Shown one piece after another: positions 49,552 through 59,869 of a stretch of DNA of 64,000 bases. Position 1 is the first letter of the stretch. Each line of letters starts with the position of its first letter. The notes under the pieces were generated by a model that did no database searches, had not been told where the DNA came from, and saw only the letters and a list, made by a program, of their open reading frames with translations. The translations under genes were made by a program, and so were the position numbers. This stretch comes from an uncultured bacterium (lineage in GTDB: Bacteria; Babelota; Babeliae; Babelales; Vermiphilaceae), in assembly GCA_963707655.1 (NCBI GenBank), contig OY970172.1, positions 960,001 through 1,024,000 of the forward strand, in the 5' to 3' direction.

Positions 49552-51483
49552 ATGAAGATTATTATTTTGATCGGCATTCTACTACAATCAGCAGCTATCC
49601 AAGCCGTGTATCCCACTAGAGAGTTAACAACAAACTGGGATATCTCAACGCGAAGTCGCGGCATATCACAAAATAGTCTTGATCACATGAACCGTCCTCA
49701 ATATGTAAAGGGCATTGCCTGCCTTGACCAGTGTCATGCGAAGCGCGACTCTGCGCGACCATCTTCTATACTTTTCACTAATCCAAAACAATGTGCTTAT
49801 TGGACATCATCTGATTATTATGCCGCTCTAGCCCATGACTATGGCATACCAATTACCATTGAAAACGCAGGGAGCATAGCAGAAGAGTTGCGTTATTACC
49901 ATTGCCCTCATGATCAAAGAAATTTTTTGTATATCCCCGAATACGTCATTACCAATATTATGCATCAAGAGAAGCTGTACGCTCATAAAAATTTCATCGA
50001 TTTTATAAAAAAATTTGATTGGTATGAGGATGAGTTATTGGCTCTGCATGATAAAGTTATGCACAGACACGATTCTTGGAAGTCATTTTTTAAAAAGAAG
50101 TTTTCAGATCAGGTGATAGCTGCACTAGTATCTGAGCGCAATCGAATTGTTAACGCAAGAAGAGACAAAAGAAAGCGCGAAGTTGAAGCCACCGTCATAA
50201 AAAATAATTTTCAAAGCGAGTTACCTGGCATCCAAGGGATGGTCAATGAGCAACAAGAGTTGCATGAGATTGCCAATACATATAACTTGCATAACAAAAA
50301 TCATTATGAAACTCGTCTGGCCGCGCTTGAAGATGTTTTGAACAGCAGAAGCTGCACGCAGCAATCGTACAGCTTCAACAATGATGCATTGACCTTGCTT
50401 TCACAAGTAGGGTGCAGTGCTGAACAGTATAAAACCAATTGCGGCAATCAACTGCAGCAGGTTATTCACCGTGAATGCATCGATATTGTCTCACAGGCAG
50501 CGCAACTTTCTGTGCATTCTCCCCTCTATGATTATAAAAATTCATTAGTTAATTTTACCGATTCGGCTCGTTCATATAATCAGGAAGGCTCGTCTGGCAG
50601 AGCGATGCAAATCAATGATTTTTGCTATGCATTACTCGATTATGGCTCGGCCATTGTTGAGGGCATTGCCTGTGGTGTCATTGGCGCAGCCAAAGATATG
50701 ATTAACCATCCAGTTCAGACAGCGCTGTGCGTAGTGGCCGGTGAATATGTGTTGGCCTATCAATTGCTTAAAGTCACCACTAACCTTGCCTCCATCGGAA
50801 TATCCTATGCCTTTGATAAAGAAGCCGGCGCGCAACAATGGCATGATTACATTGAGCCAATAACGAGCGTGATCAGCGCCATTACCAACAAAGAAATAAC
50901 CCTGCGTGACGGGATTAAAGGAGCAGTCGCTCTTGGCACCGGTATGTATGCGCAAGGCAAGATGCTTAAAGGACTGAACTCTTTTTACAATACAACAAAA
51001 ACAAAAGCTCTTGAATTCGTTAAAAATAATCCTTTGGCAACTCCTGCCGAATACATGACTACTTCTGACGGGGTATTGTTTAAAGCAACACAAGAGTCTT
51101 TATGCAATAAGTCTCAAAAGAACATCGAAAGTCATTTTAAGCAAGAAGTAGGTCAAACACAGACGTCGCTAGGTAGGCCTGCTTATTCTCTTCCTGCCAA
51201 GGTTGAACAAGCAATAGCATATGCCACAAATGATACAAAATTAAAACATTTTTTTGTTAACGAAATGCACGGATTTGAGCCATTGCTTGAGAAAATGAAT
51301 GGTGATCAAAAAAAACTTATCAGAGAAATCGTAAATGCCTTAACCAGAAACGCAATATTACCTACAGCTGGAGAATTCAAAAATATTCCGGTCAGCCTTG
51401 ATGGACAAGTTATACATGTTAGAGGTTTTGTGCATAATGACATTATTAAAATTGGTACTATGTTCATTCCAGAAGGAAAATAA
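49552..51483 (+). CDS. Polymorphic toxin 2 (intact); putative RNase C-terminus
   Basis: Same signal peptide and core as toxin 1; different CT after EGVLFK-like junction (KLKHFF..MHG...VRGFVHNDIIKIGTMFIP). Confidence 0.8.
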   Translation: MKIIILIGILLQSAAIQAVYPTRELTTNWDISTRSRGISQNSLDHMNRPQYVKGIACLDQCHAKRDSARPSSILFTNPKQCAYWTSSDYYAALAHDYGIPITIENAGSIAEELRYYHCPHDQRNFLYIPEYVITNIMHQEKLYAHKNFIDFIKKFDWYEDELLALHDKVMHRHDSWKSFFKKKFSDQVIAALVSERNRIVNARRDKRKREVEATVIKNNFQSELPGIQGMVNEQQELHEIANTYNLHNKNHYETRLAALEDVLNSRSCTQQSYSFNNDALTLLSQVGCSAEQYKTNCGNQLQQVIHRECIDIVSQAAQLSVHSPLYDYKNSLVNFTDSARSYNQEGSSGRAMQINDFCYALLDYGSAIVEGIACGVIGAAKDMINHPVQTALCVVAGEYVLAYQLLKVTTNLASIGISYAFDKEAGAQQWHDYIEPITSVISAITNKEITLRDGIKGAVALGTGMYAQGKMLKGLNSFYNTTKTKALEFVKNNPLATPAEYMTTSDGVLFKATQESLCNKSQKNIESHFKQEVGQTQTSLGRPAYSLPAKVEQAIAYATNDTKLKHFFVNEMHGFEPLLEKMNGDQKKLIREIVNALTRNAILPTAGEFKNIPVSLDGQVIHVRGFVHNDIIKIGTMFIPEGK

Positions 51484-51485
51484 AT

Positions 51486-52040
51486 ATGCATTGGAAACAG
51501 AAGCTTGGAACGCTGGAGAAACAGAAAAAATGGGATGCTGCCATAGAATTAATGATCCATGTTATTGATGAGAATTCTGGGTCTATAGATCCGTATATTT
51601 ATATGAATTATTTACTTATGAATCTTTTGGTAGAAGAAGATTATGACAATGATAAATATAGCTATTACAAATTATTAATAAAAAAATATTTTGACGAATC
51701 TTATGCTAAATTTTCTGATAATGCTGAGTATCTTTTTTTCACTGCTTCCACCGCTCTAATGTCTGAGTGGCATTTTGATATTGATGTAAAAGATTATGAT
51801 GCAATGTTTAAAAAAGCTCTAGTCTTAGAACCCGATAATCTTCTTTATCAAGACTATTATTACACTATGCTAGATAAAACTATCCCAAGCAATAAAAAGG
51901 CCGCAGTAGAATATGCAAAAAAAATACTGGAACCAAAGTCTTCTATTCAAATAATATTGAATTCCAAAGGCGCTATAGGAGAACGCCTTTTGGGATTAAT
52001 GACAAATTGGAGCTTAAGGATTCTTGGCATGAAGCCTTGA
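51486..52040 (+). CDS. Candidate immunity protein for toxin 2
   Basis: Starts 2 bp after the toxin stop; helical; paralogue of 56795-57355, which follows the paralogous CT. Confidence 0.78.
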   Translation: MHWKQKLGTLEKQKKWDAAIELMIHVIDENSGSIDPYIYMNYLLMNLLVEEDYDNDKYSYYKLLIKKYFDESYAKFSDNAEYLFFTASTALMSEWHFDIDVKDYDAMFKKALVLEPDNLLYQDYYYTMLDKTIPSNKKAAVEYAKKILEPKSSIQIILNSKGAIGERLLGLMTNWSLRILGMKP

Positions 52041-52157
52041 GGCTCTTCCAAGCACACCTTAACAAAGTATATAGGGATAAAATATCCTTGATGGCTTTTT
52101 TGCTAATGACCAATATCACCCAAAGACCATATTGCCAAAACTAACGAATTGTCCACA

Positions 52158-52192
52158 GAGAAGTTGCTGAAATAGACCGATAGGGCACACCA
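52158..52192 (+). other. att junction 3
   Basis: GAGAAGTTGCTGAAATAGACCGATA-GGGCACACCA. Confidence 0.9.
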
Positions 52193-52404
52193 CTCTTCGT
52201 TTATTCCGCCGTCGCCAAGGCTATGGCGGACAGGCTGGGGGCAAGATAGAGCTCGGCGAAAGCCTGAAGAAGCTCGTGAGAGCGAAGACAGGCAAGCTTC
52301 GTCTGGCTGCCGCCAGCAACTTTTTTACCCATTCTTTGCATCTTCATAAATCCTTGGTATATCTACTAAGACTTTTTCCAGGAATCTAACTTTCAGGGAG
52401 AACT

Positions 52405-54303
52405 ATGAAGATTATTATTTTGATCGGCATTCTACTACAATCAGCAGCTATCCAAGCCGTGTATCCCACTAGAGAGTTAACAACAAACTGGGATATCTCA
52501 ACGCGAAGTCGCGGCATATCACAAAATAGTCTTGATCACATGAACCGTCCTTAATATGTAAAGGGCATTGCCTGCCTTGACCAGTGTCATGCGAAGCGCG
52601 ACTCTGCGCGACCATCTTCTATACTTTTCACTAATCCAAAACAATGTGCTTATTGGACATCATCTGATTATTATGCCGCTCTAGCCCATGACTATGGCAT
52701 ACCAATTACCATTGAAAACGCAGGGAGCATAGCAGAAGAGTTGCGTTATTACCATTGCCCTCATGATCAAAGAAATTTTTTGTATATCCCCGAATACGTC
52801 ATTACCAATATTATGCATCAAGAGAAGCTGTACGCTCATAAAAATTTCATCGATTTTATAAAAAAATTTGATTGGTATGAGGATGAGTTATTGGCTCTGC
52901 ATGATAAAGTTATGCACAGACACGATTCTTGGAAGTCATTTTTTAAAAAGAAGTTTTCAGATCAGGTGATAGCTGCACTAGTATCTGAGCGCAATCGAAT
53001 TGTTAACGCAAGAAGAGACAAAAGAAAGCGCGAAGTTGAAGCCACCGTCATAAAAAATAATTTTCAAAGCGAGTTACTTGGCATCCAAGGGATGGTCAAT
53101 GAGCAACAAGAGTTGCATGAGATTGCCAATACATATAACTTGCATAACAAAAATCATTATGAAACTCGTCTGGCCGCGCTTGAAGATGTTTTGAACAGCA
53201 GAAGCTGCACGCAGCAATCGTACAGCTTCAACAATGATGCATTGACCTTGCTTTCACAAGTAGGGTGCAGTGCTGAACAGTATAAAACTAATTATGGTAA
53301 TCAATTGCAGCAAGTCATTCACCGTGAATGCATCGATATTGTCTCACAGGCAGCGCAACTTTCTGTGCATTCTCCCCTCTATGATTATAAAAATTCATTA
53401 GTTAATTTTACCGATTCGGCTCGTTCATATAATCAGGAAGGCTCGTCTGGCAGAGCGATGCAAATCAATGATTTTTGCTATGCATTACTCGATTATGGCT
53501 CGGCCATTGTTGAGGGCATTGCCTGTGGTGTCATTGGCGCAGCCAAAGATATGATTAACCATCCAGTTCAGACAGCGCTGTGCGTAGTGGCCGGTGAATA
53601 TGTGTTGGCCTATCAATTGCTTAAAGTCACGACTAACCTTGCCTCCATCGGAATATCCTATGCCTTTGATAAAGAAGCTGGCGAGCAGCAATGGCATGAA
53701 TATATTGAGCCGATAACGAGCGTGATCAGCGCTATCAAAAACAAAGAGCTGACTCTGCGAGATGGCATTAAAGGAGCCGTCACCCTTGGCACCGGTATGT
53801 ATGCGCAAGGCAAGATGCTTAAAGGTCTGAATTCTTTTTACAACACGACAAAAGCAAAAGCTCTTGAATTCGCTAAAAATAATCCGTTGGTCACTCCTTT
53901 TGAGTATATGACCACTCAAGAGGGAGTGTTGTTTAAGGTTACCGATAAAACAAGTAAAACTGGTCCTTGGCAACAAAATGATATCGAATGGATTCCTTAT
54001 GGCCACAAGCACATTGCTAGTAAAAAAATGAGTTGGAAAGATATTCTTCAATTCACAAAAAATGGCCCTGCCAAATATAAACCAGAAATTAATGTTGAAC
54101 TCTTAGAAACAATGGCATGGCAAAAGGGAACAATGATTCCTGGTAAGAACTGGAAAATTTATCAATGTGAAGACATAATTGGTGCAAACAATGGCATTGA
54201 AACTAACTTTATGATAGTAAAAAATAGTATGGCTACAATTCATGGACATCCAATAACCCCGCAAGAATTTAAACAATACATGAATATGATAGGAAAATTA
54301 TGA
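52405..54303 (+). pseudogene. Polymorphic toxin 3, nonsense mutation at codon 50
   Basis: ATG 52405 matches the copy 2 start; CAA->TAA at 52552-52554; rest of frame open; distinct CT (GHKH...GPAKYK...IHGHPIT). Confidence 0.85.
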
Positions 54304-54614
54304 AACTTAATATAAACCTGAATAATGGGATTATTGTCTATGATGAATTTAATATTGATCCCAATCTCCCGCTAAAAGATCAAATTATGGAATTGCAAGA
54401 AGATCTTCTACAAATACAATATGATAATAATGTAGTTATTGACGTTGGATGGTATCCTGAACTTGATCCATCCGGAAGCTTTATTATTAATATAATAAAA
54501 GATTCTGATTGGTCTCATCCTATATATAAAAAAACAGTTAAATTAAAAAATATTGTTGCTGAACTACAAAAAGCAATTGATTTGGCTCTCACATTAAATG
54601 GTCGATCTATCTAA
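54300..54614 (+). CDS. Candidate immunity protein for toxin 3
   Basis: ATGA overlap with toxin stop; acidic; EDLLQ...DVGWYP motif. Confidence 0.78.
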   Translation: MKLNINLNNGIIVYDEFNIDPNLPLKDQIMELQEDLLQIQYDNNVVIDVGWYPELDPSGSFIINIIKDSDWSHPIYKKTVKLKNIVAELQKAIDLALTLNGRSI

Positions 54615-54654
54615 ACACAATTTCTTGACCTGATTGAGAACATCAGCTTCAAAA

Positions 54655-54689
54655 GAAAAGTTGCTGAAATAGACCGATAGGGCACACCA
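54655..54689 (+). other. att junction 4
   Basis: GAAAAGTTGCTGAAATAGACCGATA-GGGCACACCA. Confidence 0.9.
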
Positions 54690-54864
54690 GCCTTCGCTTA
54701 TTCCGTTGTCGCCAAGGCTATGGCTGACATGGCCGGGCAAGAGAAGACTCGGCAAGCTTCGTCTGGCTGCCGCCAGCAACTTTTTTACCCATTCTTTGCA
54801 TCTTCATAAATCCTTGGTATATCTACTAAGACTTTTTCCAGGAATCTAACTTTCAGGGAGAACT

Positions 54865-56788
54865 ATGAAGATTATTATTTTGATCGGCATTCTACTACAA
54901 TCAGCAGCTATCCCAAGCCGTGTATCCCACTAGAGAGTTAACAACAAACTGGGATATCTCAACGCGAAATCGCGGCATATCACAAAATAGTCTTGATCAC
55001 ATGAACCGTCCTCAATATGTAAAGGGCATTGCCTGCCTTGACCAGTGTCATGCGAAGCGCGACTCTGCGCGACCATCTTCTATACTTTTCACTAATCCAA
55101 AACAATGTGCTTATTGGACATCATCTGATTATTATGCCGCTCTAGCCCATGACTATGGCATACCAATTACCATTGAAAACGCAGGGAGCATAGCAGAAGA
55201 GTTGCGTTATTACCATTGCCCTCATGATCAAAGAAATTTTTTGTATATCCCCGAATACGTCATTACCAATATTATGCATCAAGAGAAGCTGTACGCTCAT
55301 AAAAATTTCATCGATTTTATAAAAAAATTTGATTGGTATGAGGATGAGTTATTGGCTCTGCATGATAAAGTTATGCACAGACACGATTCTTGGAAGTCAT
55401 TTTTTAAAAAGAAGTTTTCAGATCAGGTGATAGCTGCACTAGTATCTGAGCGCAATCGAATTGTTAACGCAAGAAGAGACAAAAGAAAGCGCGAAGTTGA
55501 AGCCACCGTCATAAAAAATAATTTTCAAAGCGAGTTACCTGGCATCCAAGGGATGGTCAATGAGCAACAAGAGTTGCATGAGATTGCCAATACATATAAC
55601 TTGCATAACAAAAATCATTATGAAACTCGTCTGGCCGCGCTTGAAGATGTTTTGAACAGCAGAAGCTACACGCAGCAATCGTACAGCTTCAACAATGATG
55701 CATTGACCTTGCTTTCACAAGTAGGGTGCAGTGCTGAACAGTATAAAACTAATTATGGTAATCAATTGCAGCAAGTCATTCACCGTGAATGCATCGATAT
55801 TGTCTCACAGGCAGCGCAACTTTCTGTGCATTCTCCCCTCTATGATTATAAAAATTCATTAGTTAATTTCACCGATTCGGCGCGTTCATATAATCAAGAA
55901 GGCCTGTCTGGCAGAGCGATACAAATCAATGACTTTTGCTACGCATTACTCGATTATGGCTCAGCCATTGTTGAGGGCATTGCCTGTGGTGTCATTGGCG
56001 CAGCCAAAGATATGCTTAACCATCCAGTTCAAACAGCGCTGTGCGTAGTGGCCGGTGAATATGTGTTGGCCTATCAATTGCTTAAAGTCACCACCAACCT
56101 TGTATCTATTGGCATAAGCTATGCTTTTGATAAAGAAGCTGGGGCGCAACAGTGGCATGAATATATTGAACCAATCACCAATGTTATAAGCGCCATTACC
56201 AACAAAAAATTGTCCCTGCGTGACGGCTTTAAAGGAGCCGCCGCCCTTGGCACCGGTATGTATGCGCAAGGCAAGATGCTTAAACGACTGAACTCTTTTT
56301 ACAATACAACAAAAACAAAAGCTCTTGAATTCGTTAAAAATAATCCTTTGGCAACTCCTGCCGAATACATGACTACTTCTGACGGGGTATTGTTTAAAGC
56401 AACACAAGAGTCTTTATGCAATAAGTCTCAAAAAGACATCGAAAGTTATTTTAAACAAGAAGTACCGCAAGGCCAGTCAAACTTGCCTACTTATTCTCTT
56501 CCATCTAAGATTGAACAAGCCGTAAAATATGCTACAACCAATGAAAAACTTGAATATTTTTTTAAAAAAGAAATGCATGGGCTTGAGCCATTGCTAAAAA
56601 CAATGGATAACAACAAAGAAAAAGTTGTTCGTGAAGTTATCGGGTTGTTGTCAATTAACAATGATATGCCTAGATTTGGTAAGTTTGATGGAATACCTAT
56701 AAATATAAATGGATATATTGTTCATGCACGGGGATTTGTTCATGATGATGTTATTAAACTTGGCACTATCTTTATTCCGCAAGGGTAA
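54865..56788 (+). pseudogene. Polymorphic toxin 4, +1 frameshift in the signal peptide
   Basis: ATG 54865; GCTATCCCAAGCC here versus GCTATCCAAGCC in copies 2 and 3 (extra C at ~54912-54914); CT paralogous to toxin 2. Confidence 0.85.
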
Positions 56789-56794
56789 ATAACT

Positions 56795-57355
56795 ATGTCT
56801 TGGAAAGAGAAGCTTAGAACATTAGAGCGACAAAAAGAATGGGACGCTGCTATAGAACTAATGATCCATACCATTAATCACAACCCAGATGACATGGATG
56901 CATATATATATATGAATTATTTACTCATGAATCTTTTGGTAGAGGAAGATCATACTAGCATTGATGAAAACAAGTTTGCTTATTATGAAACGCTGACCAA
57001 GCATTACTTCGATGAGTCTTATGCTAAATTTTCAAATAATGCAGAATATCTTTTCTTCACTGCAACAACAGCTGTCATGTCTGAGTGGTTTTTTGGCATT
57101 GATGTGCCGGACTATGAAGCTATGTTTCAAAAAGCTATGCTTCTCGAGCCCAACAACCTCCTTTATCAAAGAATTTACTATATGGATCTTGATAAAACTA
57201 TCCCTGGTAATAAAAAGGCTGCAATGGAATATGCTAAAAAAATTTTAGATAAAGATTCTCCTATTCAAAAAACATTGAAGTCTAAAGGCGCTGTTGGCGC
57301 GTATTTGCTAGAATTGATGACAAATTCAAGTTTGGAGATGCTCGGCATGAAATAA
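56795..57355 (+). CDS. Candidate immunity protein for toxin 4
   Basis: Intact; shares WDAAIELMIH, YIYMNYLLMNLLVEED, YFDESYAKFS with 51486-52040. Confidence 0.78.
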   Translation: MSWKEKLRTLERQKEWDAAIELMIHTINHNPDDMDAYIYMNYLLMNLLVEEDHTSIDENKFAYYETLTKHYFDESYAKFSNNAEYLFFTATTAVMSEWFFGIDVPDYEAMFQKAMLLEPNNLLYQRIYYMDLDKTIPGNKKAAMEYAKKILDKDSPIQKTLKSKGAVGAYLLELMTNSSLEMLGMK

Positions 57356-57413
57356 CTAATAACTTGTAGCAAAAAGTATCTGCTGATCCTGATTCATGCT
57401 AATCTGGTCAAGT

Positions 57414-57448
57414 AAAAAGTTGCTGAAATAATCCGATAGGGTACACCA
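57414..57448 (+). other. att junction 5 (one mismatch in core)
   Basis: AAAAAGTTGCTGAAATAATCCGATA-GGGTACACCA. Confidence 0.85.
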
Positions 57449-57682
57449 GCTTTCGCTAAAGCTTCAGCTGGCAGACAGGTCGTCTGTACCATTGTAGAAA
57501 AACTTTAATAGTAAATAGCGAAGACGGTCCGAAGAAGCCGCGGGTATAGACGGACTTTTTCCAAAAAAGTAAATCTCTAGCAATTTTTGTCCGTAACTTA
57601 TTAGTCTTACATTGATCAGCAAGGTCACAAAACATCGGCATAATGAACCCTCACATTGTACTTGGATGAGGCATTGTGATCG

Positions 57683-58189
57683 ATGAAAAACTGGCAACAA
57701 CACTCTATACTTGAGGTCTTATGTATGTTGATACGCATTAATGCTTTTACCCAAAACCATAGTAATACAATACCTAAAAAATATACCTGTGATGGTGAAG
57801 GAATTTCCCCCGAAATTAGTTGGGATGAAGTACCAGAAAAAACAGAAAGCTTTGCGCTTATTATGGAAGGTCTTGATGTTCCCAATAGAAGCAATGCTTT
57901 GGTGTTATGGGTTATCTACAATATTCCTGGCGCTCTACGAACCATTGCCTCAAACTCTATTCCCGAACAAGCTAAAGTTGGCATTAATGATTTGGGGAAA
58001 AAGCGATATAGCGCCCCATGCCCAAAACCGGGACCGCATCCTCAAAAATATCAAATTACCTTATATGCTCTCGATACAACATTGATATTCTTGCCCGATG
58101 AGACAACAAAGGAAGATTTAGTGAAAGCCATGAAAAAGCATGTTTTGGCAACAGCAGAAAATATTGGTTTTTGTGAAAGACATGGATAA
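57683..58189 (+). CDS. YbhB/YbcL (PEBP) family protein
   Basis: IPKKYTCDGEGISP, SFALIM, WVIYNIP, YSAPCP, LYALD; usual DPD and HW motifs altered; start uncertain. Confidence 0.85.
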   Translation: MKNWQQHSILEVLCMLIRINAFTQNHSNTIPKKYTCDGEGISPEISWDEVPEKTESFALIMEGLDVPNRSNALVLWVIYNIPGALRTIASNSIPEQAKVGINDLGKKRYSAPCPKPGPHPQKYQITLYALDTTLIFLPDETTKEDLVKAMKKHVLATAENIGFCERHG

Positions 58190-58226
58190 ATTGCATCTAA
58201 GTTGAGAGTGCTAAGAAGGCTGTTGT

Positions 58227-58784
58227 TTACCTATTGGTATCCACTGAGTACCCAAAAGCTCTTAATATATCTTTGGTCTGAGTTTCTGGTGTAACATTAT
58301 CAATAATGTATACGATAATTCCTTGCTCATTAATCAAAAAAGATTTGCGCAACGCATAGAGGTTGCCCATTGCATGTTGATCAGTGCCATACATATGCGC
58401 GACTTCATGCTTCATATCTGATAATAAGATGAATGGGAGTCTTTCTTGTTCTTTAAATTTTTTGTGTGATTCAGGAGAATCATAGCTGACCCCAATGACT
58501 ACGATGTCATGTTGCTTGAACTGATCAAAAGAATTGCGCAACTCGCATGCCTCTTTCGTACAGCCCGGCGTTCCATCTTTTGGATAAAAATAGAGAACTA
58601 TTTTTCTGCCCTTGAATGAGGCAAGTGAGCGTGAAGCTCCTGTTTCATCAGGTAGGGTGAATAAAGGAGCCGCATCACCAACTTTAACTTTTTCAGCCGG
58701 TGTACGTTTGTATTTCCCCAACATAAAAATACAGGCTATTGCAATCAAGCCCAAGATAATGAGCGACATTAAAAGAGTATTCAT
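58227..58784 (-). CDS. bcp: BCP/PrxQ peroxiredoxin with N-terminal membrane anchor
   Basis: VLYFYPKDGTPGCTKEAC, GVSYD, LPFILLSD. Confidence 0.9.
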   Translation of the reverse strand: MNTLLMSLIILGLIAIACIFMLGKYKRTPAEKVKVGDAAPLFTLPDETGASRSLASFKGRKIVLYFYPKDGTPGCTKEACELRNSFDQFKQHDIVVIGVSYDSPESHKKFKEQERLPFILLSDMKHEVAHMYGTDQHAMGNLYALRKSFLINEQGIIVYIIDNVTPETQTKDILRAFGYSVDTNR

Positions 58785-59252
58785 ACTATTTTCCTCTGCA
58801 TCAGCTCAGCTATTTTTCAATATTTTCTTTAACTCATCTTACCAATGGTTTCTGTTTTTAAAAATGGTTCTCAAAGCAACTTTAATGGAAAGTTATAATT
58901 AAAATCAACAACATTCATAAGTATTTCATGGTTCGCAGGAACAATCATGAGAATCCGCAGAAATGATCACATATCTCTAGCAAGTAGTATTCGCCTGATG
59001 TCGAATAAATTAATATTTTTCTGTACAGAAGTTGGGTGAAATAAGCCGACAAATGCATAATAATCTGCGCAGAAATATCGAGTGACTTTTTTTGATTTCT
59101 GTGTGGGAACTATGAAGATTATTATCCTGAATTGAAGATTCTCTATATTGGCTTTTAAATGGCTGACAATTTTAGTGCGTTCATGGAAACTCTTTATTTT
59201 TCACTTCAAAAATATGTATAAGATATAAAATAATATTTATAGAGGAGTTTAC

Positions 59253-59807
59253 ATGAAAAAACAATTAGAAGGACTCAAAGTCGCGATCCTTTGCGATACC
59301 GGTTTTGAACAAAATGAAATGACAGAACCTAGAAAAGCATTAGATCAAGCCGGTGCTGAAACAGTGCTTGTTTCTCCTGTATATGGGAAAATAAGAGGCT
59401 GGATTGATGACCAATGGAGAGATGAATTTCCTGTCGACCTTGATTTGAATAATGCAAATCCAGATGATTATGATGCTCTACATCTTCCGGGTGGGGTAAT
59501 CAATCCTGATAAACTACGCAGATTTGAATCGGCAATTGCTTTTATTAAAGCATTTGTTGACGCTAAAAAACCAATCGCAGCCATTTGCCACGGGCCTTGG
59601 ACCCTCATTAATGCACATGGCGTGAAAGGAAAAACCCTCACTTCATGGCCCTCGATTAAAATCGATCTCGTCAATGCCGGTGCAAACTGGGTCGATAAGC
59701 CAGTGGTTAGAGATGGTCTTTTGGTAACGAGCAGATGGCCCGCAGATATAGCTGCATATAACCCCGTGATGATAGAAATGTTCGCGGAAGTACTAAAGAA
59801 AAAATAA
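59253..59807 (+). CDS. PfpI/DJ-1 family protein
   Basis: GFEQNE, LPGGVINPDKLR, AICHGPW, NAGANWVD, VTSR; GAGGAG RBS. Confidence 0.92.
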   Translation: MKKQLEGLKVAILCDTGFEQNEMTEPRKALDQAGAETVLVSPVYGKIRGWIDDQWRDEFPVDLDLNNANPDDYDALHLPGGVINPDKLRRFESAIAFIKAFVDAKKPIAAICHGPWTLINAHGVKGKTLTSWPSIKIDLVNAGANWVDKPVVRDGLLVTSRWPADIAAYNPVMIEMFAEVLKKK

Positions 59808-59869
59808 GAAAGATCATCACTAAAAGTATCGGCCCAACCTGACTCATGTTGACCTGATCACAATCACAA

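Noticed and set aside
54594..54779. 61-aa minus-strand ORF as a standalone gene
   Set aside because: Its first half is hairpin repeat sequence; only the part from WCAL onward is meaningful, as an integrase-tail relic
50632..56407. Repeated minus-strand ORFs at 50632-51093, 53485-54051 and 55961-56407
   Set aside because: Antisense shadows of the conserved toxin core; they recur only because the core is repeated
46585..56788. Diversity-generating retroelement acting on the repeated genes
   Set aside because: No reverse transcriptase in the window; differences are whole-domain swaps and ordinary substitutions, not adenine-specific changes in a short VR/TR pair
52741..56788. ORF-track starts at 52741 (TTG) and 54920 (GTG) as real toxin starts
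   Set aside because: Comparison with copy 2 places the true ATGs at 52405 and 54865; the called starts result from a nonsense and a frameshift lesion and lack the signal peptide
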